From Trichoplax adhaerens (taxonomy: Eukaryota; Animalia; Placozoa), in NCBI RefSeq assembly GCF_000150275.1, contig NW_002060974.1, positions 93,744 to 157,743 of the forward strand: a stretch of DNA of 64,000 nt, in the 5' to 3' direction. Within the stretch, counting starts at the first letter, position 1. Each line of letters opens with the position of its first letter. Position numbers and translations under genes: made by a program. Below the pieces are notes generated by a model that did not search any database, had not been told where the DNA came from, and saw only the letters and a program-made list of their open reading frames with translations. Below are positions 1-17,982 of this stretch, one piece after another.

Positions 1-3000
1 GTGAAGGTGTTAGTGGACTATTGGCTAGTGCTTCAGGCCTGACCACCGATACATTTAAGGTATCTAAGCGCGATGAAGTTAGAGCTTGGTTCTGTCCTAT
101 AGTGGTAAGATTGATTAAAATAGTAGGGAAAGGATAGCATTAGGAGACATTCAGTGGATGATACTGTAAGTCAGTTGATGTCCATCATCAATATTAAGTT
201 GATTTAACTTAACTTTTCATAGATCATAGCAGCTAATAGGTTGGTATTATAGAGTAGAATTAAAGTATAGTACTGCATCTTAACGCTCGAGTTATGCAAA
301 AGAAAGAGCCTCATCTCTGATATCAAAGCGATATGTTACGGAATGATTGAATAGAATTGATCTATAGCATAGTATATTCACGTTTTAATAGTTGAAAGAA
401 GAGCCTCCTTTTTGATAGAATGGAGCACTCAAAGCTTAGTGCTCCATCTTAACGTTTGAGCAGAAGAAGAACCTCTTCTTTGACATGGTGCGGCAGAATT
501 AAAGTAGAGTATTGTATCTTAACGTTTTAGTGCTGGAAAAGAGGAGCCTTTTCTTTGATACGATGGAGCACATTCAAAGTATAGTATTATATCTTAACAT
601 TCTTGTCCTGAGAACGAAGAATCTCTTCTTCATCCAATCGATAGCTTACAGAATGATGGAACATAATCAACGTGAGTACCGTAATAAACTGTATCACCAC
701 GTTTTAACGCTTTACTAGCGATATAGAAGAATCTCTTTTCTGGCATTTAATGGATAGCTTACAACATCATGAAACACAATTAGTTTATAGCACTGGAAAA
801 GAAGAATCTCTTCTTTTATATGTAGTCGTTAACTTAAACTGTAATTTCTTACCCGTTGTACTGAGTGAATCGGACTCGTCGTGGACACCGGATATTGATT
901 TATTGGAATCGTTGGATTTTAAACTGGTATTGATACTACTGTCTTTCTTGGTTACTGTAGCGTTTTGCTTTTTACGTGCACTTGATTTAGTAGTAGGTAC
1001 TCGCATTAATGATAATTCTTCAGGATGTCGAATCCCTAAATCATTGCATAGATACATGACTGCATTGAAAGCGGTCACCGAGAAATCGACTCTCATATCG
1101 TAATACTGTAAATCAGGTAATTGAATCTTCAGAACTTTATGAGTTGGTGTAAAATAAAGATTGGAATCCGCTTGAACACTACAAGCATCGAGTGACATAC
1201 GATGTTGTAATAGCCAACGTTTCTTGGATGGCCACCATAATGCGTGGTCGGACCAATCCATAGGAATACCTACAGGCAAAATACAAACGAGAAATGGTTA
1301 CTACAGTAATAAAGCCCTGAAGAAAATCTCTTCAACTTGTTATTATTTCCGATAATTTCATTCAAACTTCAAAGTAGTGTAAAAGTGCCAACAGGGCAAT
1401 AAGTCTATCAAGTAATTAAACTATTTTATCTAATTGAAATCATTTTACTACTGAATGAACAATATCAATAATTTAAATTTATCTTGCAATCCTATGCAAG
1501 AATGTACGTCTATCATCATGACTATTTTCCGCTTTGGCTACGTTGATTCAATGGCCGCTAATGGTTGGACTACGGTATTAAAAATTGGATCGATTGGATC
1601 ATTCATTCGTTCACGCGTCGATAGAAACCTTATGACTGAAATAAAGCGATCTTAGATAGAATAAATTGCCATCGACTCTTATTGATTTCCTCTTTAGCTA
1701 CTCCGATTAAAATCATTCATGGTCCCACTACTGAAAGTTGGATACTATTAGTTGCTATCATTCATCCATAGATTAAAATATCATTGGTTGGCCTCTTTTG
1801 AAAATGGAATCGTTTACACTGTAGGCCAAAGTGTACGATTGCGATTGAACCATCAAGGTAAAAATCTGACCAAAGTAAGACTATCTTTACTGTATGATTA
1901 ATTATGTATAATTATCGATCAATTTTTTCCTCTCTAGTTATACTGATTGAACGATCAAATCGTTGCAAACTGGATACTTTATATCCTTGATCAAATGTTA
2001 GTAAGTAGTATAGGAGTTAGTTTATATTTGTTTGCCCTCTCTACAATCACTCTTGGTTGTAATAGTGCATTATGAGACATTTTACACCATGAATCAATCG
2101 GTATGTGGATGATGGCAATGTTTTCAATTCTTTAGCGATTCTATTACGCTATACTAAAGCAAGAATAAACCAGTTTCAAATCTAAACAACTATAGTACTG
2201 TAAGTCGAATAGTGTTTCAATCAGACATGTTTATACACCATGGATCAATCAGTACGCCGATGATAAGCAAGTTTATTTAGGCAATAATGATGGCGATGTT
2301 TCAAATTACATTATTTTGCCGATGCAATGGCACTGTAATATTGTAAAGCAAGGATAAAAGTAGTCCTTTAAACTAGATTGAAACAGCTCAAATGTTCAAA
2401 CTACAGCACTGAACTCGTAGAATAGTAAAATGAAACATTTTCTACATGATCGATCCATCGGTAGGCAAGTTTATTGGAGTCAGGATGATTGAAAATATCA
2501 TTTCGCCTACGCCAGCAATGACACTACAGCCTCTCCATGACGGAACAAGGGTAAAACAGTCTCCAATCTTAAAAACTACCGTATCAAGTCCTTCAAGTTG
2601 ATGGATCAATAAAAAAATAAGGAGTTAATTGTTATTCAAAGGACAGGCCTTGTATTGGTGTAAATGGATTTTTACAAAGCTTAGGAGGGGGTTGTAAAAG
2701 CACACGCGTGGATTATGCCGAGTTGGAGGATGGATGCACTTCTTGAATGTGCTAAATTCATTTTTTTTCACTATTTTACTCTCTTCCTGTCAGCCATAGT
2801 AGGGGAAAGAATTGGTTGCAATTTATGCCTATTGCCTATGGCACAGGATAATGTGTGGATATCCATTGAATGGGAATGAAATTGGGACAATGAGCTCAAG
2901 TTCCAGTTGAAAAGGATAGAAAAATGTTATTCATGTATTTATCAACTTTAATAGTAGACTATCATGACGAGTGAAAAGATTTGTTTTACTATCAATATCA

Positions 3001-4389
3001 ATAAAATAAAATAGAAAAAAATGGCAATAACTGTCTACGATGGAGCGAAAAATCCAAGTGTACGCGTACAATAACGTATCATGATGCGTGGTATTTTAGA
3101 CTACAGTACATATGGCTTCACCATTTTCTCTCCATTCTAGCGATTTTCTTTGATGGTTGATAGCATTAGGGGATTGACTATGAACAGGCGTACGGAAAAC
3201 ATTTTATTTTCAAATTATTTATTGGATACATTTTGATGTATGCTAGTAGAATAACTTTGAAGCGATACAGTTACAAGAATCGTCGTTAAGTTCATGATCG
3301 ACAATGAGGGCAAGTAGGGTAACAGCATGATTGAAATGGGGATCGATAGACGAAAGGATATTGTACGTAGTACTACAGTCTATACTTTGAAATGGCTTCG
3401 TTGATTGCTGTTCTTCAACGATAAGAGGAAAACAACTGAGAAAATAGACGACAGTATCCTTGTAAGAGCTAGGCGTACAAGGTAGGGCAACAGTATCATG
3501 AACTTTTCAAAGACGATGGCAATTTCAAAGCGGTCAAGACAGGGTCGAAAAGGGATCGAACGGCGACAAGATATTGTCATTTTCGATTGCCTCCTTGATA
3601 GCCGTGATTATTCAAGGACATGAGGAAAGCGGGTCGAACGATTGAGAAATAATATTGTCGTTTCCTGGAGTTGGTAAACGATGGCAAGTGGAAATCGAGT
3701 AAGCTACGATCTCGCCAACGCTTGCTAATAAAAATTATTAACATTGCAGTAGCCATTCCTTTTGATTTGAATGGTTTGATTTAATATTCAATGTCTTCAA
3801 GTCATGTCGGCTATCCATTTTAATCGATCGCTTTATTTTAAAATGAAGTTTGAATCAGCGTAGCTCTCTATGGGTAATCAAGTCTGTCAAAATCGTCGAG
3901 GTAGAAAATAGTCGGCGATGGCTTACGATAAAATCATCGAATTTGAACTAGGCGTTGATCAATTTTTTCTTTTTCTTATCGATTTCAATCAAGATGGAAA
4001 GAGATAAAATGGAGCTTAGTCTGTACAGACTGATTGTTTGAAAGTCATGTCCAAAAAAAAGGAGCAAATGCAATATGCAAGTAGTGAAGAAACGCGGTCG
4101 ATAACCGCATCGGACATTGAAATAAGACTGGGCATTAAAATACAAATAGTATCCTTCTAGCGATGTGTGTGCGGAGAGGGGGAAAAAAAAAAAAAGTCAA
4201 GACTATCTTGGATGGTTGCTTACAGCTTCGATTAAATGGATGAATATGCAACTTACCCAGTTCTTCGACTAATTTCAACATGACAGAGCCAATGTCATAA
4301 TTACCGCCAACTTTAATCTTTTTGTCGATACTTAAAGTGGTAATATAAATGGTCAAATTAAAGAATTGAACTTGCGAACTCTCTTCCAT
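1..4389 (-). CDS. FERMT: Kindlin (fermitin family) gene, 5' portion. Coding exons 4389-4257, 1269-853, 96-<1; truncated by the window edge
   Basis: Spliced translation MEESSQVQFFNLTIY...GSVMLKLVEELG|IPMDWSDHALWWPSKKRWLLQHRMSLDACSVQADSNLYFTPTHKVLKIQLPDLQYYDMRVDFSVTAFNAVMYLCNDLGIRHPEELSL matches the kindlin F0/F1 signatures (DWSDHALWW, LGIRHPEELS). A Lys-rich F1 loop follows. Introns are GT-AG with compatible phases. Confidence 0.93.
250..825. repeat. Degenerate ~70-110 bp tandem repeat in a kindlin intron
   Basis: About 7 recurrences of 'atcttaacg...gaaga(a/g)(t/c)ctcttc(t)ttt' with variable spacing. Confidence 0.6.
2070..2580. repeat. Degenerate triplicated segment in kindlin intron 1
   Basis: Related motifs 'gagacattttacaccatgaatcaatcggta' (~2074), 'cagacatgtttatacaccatggatcaatcagta' (~2222) and 'gaaacattttctacatgatcgatccatcggta' (~2432), each followed later by 'aag(a/g)(a/g)taaa'. 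Confidence 0.55.
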
Positions 4390-5694
4390 GATGATTGAAT
4401 GGATTTTGCTGTCGTCCAACGGAGATGAACTATGGAATCAACTGCAGTCAATTTGTTAAGATGGAGTAGACTACAATGGTTTTCTCCTTCAAAGCAAGTA
4501 GAGGATGAGTGTGGATTAGCGTTTCTTTTTTTTTCTCCCTTTCGCTGTTGTTACGATCTGTCGTGACGGCAGAAAGGAAGACGCAATCGAGAGAGTAGAG
4601 GGTAAACTGTCAAGGCTTTCAATTAATCTTTCCAATGACTTTGTAGAAAGGCAGGGAATAGAAGGAGGTGGATAAGTGCACAACAAATTGAATCAGTGAT
4701 TAATTTTTCAACGGTAGTAATAGCAATCGTCTACCTCGTCACCACCACACGTTGACTACTATGTCGTCCTAGTTAGCGTCCTTTTAAGATATTGAAAATG
4801 ATTTCGACGATAATCGATCGTCCAAGAAAGGCCCCAAGCAAGATCCAACGATGATCGTCCAATCTCCACACCAGCAGCAACTGCAATGCAATCGCTTACC
4901 TTGCTCTCGTCCAAGCAAAAGCAATATGCAACAGAGACGTTACTCGTTGCTGCGATCAATCTGAACGAGTGTCTCACTGGATGGCAATGCTTTCCTAGTC
5001 AACAAGAGGAAATAAATTGTCCTCTACACCTGTTCCATCCAAGCAAGAAGAGTATAAAATGCTTTCAAAGCCTGCAATCCAATTCTTTCCCGCAGCTTCC
5101 ACTAATAAAAGTGTCCAATTGCGGAAAAGGCCTGTGGGTGTTACTAAACAACTTTCTGGCCTAGTTAGTCAATTGATCATGCGTCGCTGAGCTTGACCTT
5201 TGTCCAAATAAACATGGCTTCCACCATGGCGAGCAAGGCAATTGAATTTTTCCCTCTTTCACCGTGATAGCGGTAGTGTAGGGTAAGATTGCAATTTGTC
5301 ACTAATGGTTGATGGATGTTGGCTCTTGTGGTCGATAATGGCTTGATTTAGCGCTGCTAGAACAACTTATGGCCGGAATTTGTCGTCGTGCAAGTCCATG
5401 GGCTAACGTGATAGAACGGCTAGACTGCATTCAATGTTGGAGAAGGGGAGGGAGCTGAGTTTATAGGTACTGCCCTACCTCAGTCTGGAGTTAGCGCTAG
5501 TCAAAGAAAGACAACGAAATAGCCGCCTATTCGATAGTATGGTGTCAAGTGCTATTTTGTGTACCTAAGTAGCAGGAATTCTACGCGCAACATGGCCATT
5601 TAAAATGGTGAAAATGGCAAGATTGGACTAGTTCAAGGACATTACAATGGAGGAAATTGGAAGATGATCGGTTGCAATAGCTCCTGTATCGACT

Positions 5695-7345
5695 GTTCAT
5701 AGAGTGCAGCTTAGATAAGAATAAAGGATCAAGATGGTTGGATAGGTTTGCATGGGGTTAATAGCTGGCTTACAACCAAGTATTCATCATCGAATCTGTT
5801 TTCGATGCGACTTCTCGATACGCTGCTCTATGCTTATGCTTGCTAAAGCACAAAACACGGTAGGGTAGTGAGAAGACTGCAATTAGACTAGTTATAGAGT
5901 GCAGCTTTGACAAGGATAAACAGCGAAAATAGTTGGATATGTTTGCATGAGGTAATAGGAGACTTACCCAACCAAGTATTCATGATAGAGTATATCGAAG
6001 CTGTCTTCGATGCTACTTCTCGATACGCTGCTCTGTGCTTATGCCTGCTAAAGCGCAAAACACGGTAGGGTAGTGAGAAGACTGCAATTAGACTAGTTAT
6101 AGAGTGCAGCTTTGACAAGGATAAACAGCGAAAATAGTTGGATATGTTTGCATGAGATTAATAGGTGGCTTACAACCAAGTATTCATCATCGAATCTGTC
6201 TTCAATGCTACTTCTCCATAGGCTGCTCTATGCTTATACCTGCTAAAGCGCAAAACACGGTAGGGTAGTGAAAAGACTGCAATTAGACTAGTTATAGAGT
6301 GCAGCTTTGACAAGGATAAACAGCGAAAATAGTTGGATATCTTTGCATGAGGTAATAGGTGACTTACCCAACCAACCATGATCCAATCTCGTCAATGCTG
6401 GTATGGAAATGGTAGACACGATAGCGCAAAACACGGTGGGGGCAATGACAAGACTGCAACTAGATTTACTCATGGAAAGCAGTTTTAACAGTATGCTGCT
6501 CAGTGCTCATACCTGCTATAGAGTACAACACGGTGGGGGCAGTGAGAAGACTGCAACTAGACTACTCATCGAGTACAGCTTCGACAAGAATAAATAGCAA
6601 AAGTAGTTGAATATAGATGCTCATGGAGTGCAGTTTTAACAGTATGCTGCTCATACCCGCTATAGCGCACAACATGGTGGGGACAGTGAGAAGACTGCAA
6701 CTAGACTACTCATCGAGTACAGCTTTGACAAGAATAAATAGCAAAAGTAATTGAATATAGATGCAGGAGGTAATAGGTGACTTACCCAACCAGGATCCAA
6801 TCTCGTCGATGCTGCTTCGGTATGCTGCCATAGAAAGGGCAGACTATATAGCACGAATTGAGGTAAAAATGACTTACGTAAAGCACCAACGAAATGAGCG
6901 TATATCACTTTAATTACAATCTTAGGATATACAGCTTTGACAAGAATAAATAGCAAAAATAGTTGAATATAGATACAGGAGGTAATAGGTGACTTACCCA
7001 ACCAGGATCCAATCTCGTCGATGCTGCTACGGTATGCTGCCATAGAAAGGGCAGACTATATAGCACGAATTGAGGTAAAAATGACTTACGTAAAGCACCA
7101 ACGAAATGAGCGTATATCACTTTAATTACAATCTTAGGATATACAGCTTTGACAAGAATAAATAGCAAAAATAGTTGAATATAGATACTGGAGGTAATAA
7201 GTGACTTGCCCAACTATGATCCAATCTCGTCGATGCTGCCATAGAAACGGCAGACTCGATAGCGCGAATTGAGATAAAAATGTCTTACGCAAAACACCAA
7301 CGAAATGAGCGTAGATCACTTTAATTACAATCTTAGGATATACCA
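5695..7345. repeat. Composite tandem-repeat array: ~194-205 bp units grading into 212-bp units with a shared core
   Basis: 'gagtgcagc' at 5703, 5897, 6102, 6297; 'acagctttgacaagaataaatagcaaaa' at 6719, 6931, 7143 (period 212). Chimeric partial units lie between ~6400 and 6720. Confidence 0.93.
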
Positions 7346-7544
7346 TTCTTAACAAGATTAGGCTACCGAATATTGTTCAATTTGTAATCCGCCAATAAAG
7401 TAGTCGGTTTCACAATACGCGTACTCCTATACTAAGATACAAAGTAGGATGAACTGTAATCAAACTAAATTGGTTACTTTTAAAGCTACAATACTTACCA
7501 TATTGCAATATATGATCTTGAAGGAGGATTTTCAAAATGAAATC

Positions 7545-8665
7545 AAAGTTGATATCTCTTATTTACTGTATACGGACAGTATCCTCCTATACGGTAGATA
7601 GGTATGCTTCTAGTGATCTGAGTTTTGTCTTTAAATCAGAATTTATATCCGTATCATCCTATGCGGTGGATAAGGATGATTGCAGTAGCAAGACTTTATG
7701 TCTTTAAGTTAACGTTTATATCTCTTATTTACTGTATGCAGACAGTATCTTCCTATATAGTCGATAAGCATGCTTTTAGTGATCAGAGTTTTATCTTTAA
7801 AATCAGAATATATATCCGTATATCATGTGCGGTGGATAAGGATGATTGCAGTAATAGGACTTTAAGTCAAAGTTTATATCTCTTATTTACTGTACTGTAT
7901 ACAGACAGTATCCTCCTCTGCAGTAGATAAGCATGCTTCTAGTGATATGACTTTTGTCTTTAAAATCAGAATTTATATCCGTATATCATGTGCAGTGGAT
8001 AAGGACGCTTCCAGTAATTGAACTTTTTGTCTTTAATCCAAGTTTATATCTCTTATTTACTGTTATACAGGCAGTATCCTCCTTTGCAGTGGATAAGCAT
8101 GCTTCCTGTAATACGACTTTTTGTATTTGAATCGAAATTTATATATCGCCTTTACCGTATACAGATAGTATCCTCCTATGTAGTAGATAAATATGCTTTC
8201 AGTAATATGACTGTTGTGGTTAAAATTGAAATTTGTATCTCTAGCTAGACATTTAATATCCTATGCAGTTGAGAAGCATGCTTTCAAAGATATAGCTTTT
8301 TATCTTTAATATTGAATATCGTCTGCCTCCATTTATTTATACAGTATTATTATATACATCAGACAAGAATATTTCCAGTAATAATCGTATCAATTTTTCT
8401 TTCAATTAAAATTTCTATCTCTTATTTATTTATTGTAATACCGACTGTTGTGGTTAAAATTGAAATTTCCATCTCTAGCTAGACATTTAATATCCTATGC
8501 AGTGGAGAAGCATGCTTTCAAAGATATAGCTTTTTATCTTTAATATTGAATATCGTCTGCCTCCATTTATTTATACAGTATTATTATATACATCAGACAA
8601 GAATATTTCCAGTAATAATCGTATCAATTTTTCTTTCAATTGAAATTTCTATCTCTTATTTACTG
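7545..8665. repeat. Degenerate ~160-bp repeat array ending in a near-perfect 234-bp-period duplication
   Basis: Recurrent 'tatatctcttatttactg...cagtatc(c/t)tcct...gataagcatgctt'. Segment 8209-8428 is almost identical to 8443-8662. Confidence 0.85.
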
Positions 8666-9262
8666 TGTAAACTGTTATTATATGTGCAGGAAAGCACGTG
8701 CCATGTTCTGCCTAGCACAAGCCTACGAAACCACTAAAGTAAACGACTGATAGTAATACTGTTTCAGATGCATCATCGGTCAATGACTACATACAATCAT
8801 GTATGAGAACAACTTTATTGTACTAGATAAGCATCAAAATGCTATCCAACTCATTGCTGTATACAGAATACATGTCTGATGTGTGCTATCTCTAAATATA
8901 TATTCATCTCTCATCTCCATCCTGTAATACCATATTGGACTACTACAGTGATGCATCTTAATATGCCAGTAGCACGATATACCCCGGGTATTCACTATGT
9001 CTAAATATGCATATCTAGATATATCTCCAACGAATTATACCCTGACTACACAACTGCATGTTCATGACATCGATGATGATTTAATAGCGTTATTCACGAC
9101 GCATACCCATAAAATATGGAATTTATTGATAACGTATTATTTTAATAATATTGAACTGTTGTATTTACACGCAGCATTGTGGCTCATTGGTGGTTATTAC
9201 TAAGTTTAAGAGATCGCTATATGGTTTGTCGTAATGACTACATTCTATTCTTAAGCCAGATT

Positions 9263-9313
9263 ATAGACTACTAGAAGAAAGGCAAACGCCGAGATTTTCT
9301 TCTAGTAGTCTAT
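9263..9313. repeat. Perfect 18-bp inverted repeat with a 15-nt spacer
   Basis: atagactactagaagaaa (9263-9280) is the exact reverse complement of tttcttctagtagtctat (9296-9313). Confidence 0.9.
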
Positions 9314-9837
9314 GGCCAAAGCATGCCTAAGTTACTGTGTTCTTGTCCGACGCATTAGTGTCAATTGATTGCTTGCAACAGTGGCCATTAACGTTGATAC
9401 TAACGGCAAAGTACTACCGTAGTACAGTATAGTATCAATGTTAATCTGTTCTTTCAGCATTTAGAATACACATCCTGTGTTCTTGTCCATGTTGTAGCCT
9501 GTTCTTTGACTGGAGATTGGGAAAAAAAGAGCGAGAAAACTTGCTGTGTCAACGCTGCTTTGAACTTGTTGAAGAACTTGACAACTCTGGCATATAGACC
9601 TGAGATCGGTTGGGATCGGTTAGGATCGGTTGGATACCTTGATGATCTTATTGTATCCTAGTCCTGTACACAGTGTACAGTATCGGTAAGAAATTTCTTA
9701 CAGTGTACAGTATTTCTATGGACTGTATCCGTGTCACGTGAAGAACCATTGCTATACTGTATTGCGCTACTCGGAGAGACTACAGGCTACTGTAGTGGAC
9801 GTACAACCCTGTATAGTACAGTATACAATGTACCTGG

Positions 9838-10298
9838 TGACGTGGTGACGGTAGAGTCAAATGACCACCTATCGCATCGTTGATGGATGATGGGTGTCAA
9901 CCGCCACTTCCCTTCACCCTTCGCTAGACGTCACCGTCGATTACTCAACATGGAGAAGATGAGTAATCCATCCGAGGATAAAGTAGCGCCATGGCGTAAC
10001 TTATTTGCTAGCACCTTCAACAGGTATACGGAAACATGGCTCATTTATTGACATTAATAATTACGATAGCGTTGTCAAGTCGACCAAGGCGTTATCCAGA
10101 GTACTGTGTCACGGTGTGCAGTCTCAGGCCGCCTGATAACTACTGGTAGCACAGTCGTCTACACTGTGGCCAGGTTCTACCCTTGGAACCAGCTAAAGAC
10201 CGCAAAGGCCGATGGGATCCAACTCACTTCCATTACGCTTGCGCAAACTTTGCTCAACGTGGCATCTTCTTTGTACTTACTCTAGCATAACTGCCACG
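9838..10298 (+). promoter_or_regulatory. Cluster of bZIP (UPRE/CRE/CrebA-like) sites in the SEC23 5' region
   Basis: TGACGTGG at 9838-9845, GACGTCA at 9928-9934 (approx.), ACGTGGCA (reverse complement TGCCACGT) at 10257-10264, TGCCACG at 10292-10298. The region is locally more GC-rich than its flanks. Confidence 0.45.
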
Positions 10299-10655
10299 CC
10301 AATTTGTCCCTGCTCAAGGCTTTACACTCGCTCTCCACTCATGTTTCTACAGTCTTTCAACAACGTCGTCTAATAGCCTTGCCTAGCAATTCCTGCTCTC
10401 AACTGGATAACTACCCTGTCACGAGCCAACGATCCATACTGAATACCATAAACAACAGGCCTTCTCTCGGTTTGTATACGCTATCCATAACGCGTCAGGT
10501 GAATGCGCGTCACCTGCTCCTACCCGGGTAGTCTACCCCTGCTAACCCCAACCCAACGTCGGTCAAAGATTGTCAAGGCGGCTGTCAAACCATTCCTTCA
10601 TTGCCAAGGTGGAAAAAGTTGGAGTTACAAGGCTAAGAATAAAACAAGGAATTGA

Positions 10656-17982
<7,327 letters not shown>

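Noticed and set aside
5695-7345. CRISPR-like appearance (conserved core with intervening segments)
   Set aside because: The core is ~80 bp, the intervening segments are themselves repeated rather than unique, there are no cas genes, and the context is eukaryotic.
5888-7355. Overlapping hydrophobic ORFs (61-127 aa) in the repeat array
   Set aside because: They are translations of the tandem repeat; frames shift between units and no family is recognisable.
9603-9635. GGATCGGTT-like 10-bp repeat x3
   Set aside because: Short slippage repeat with no further support.
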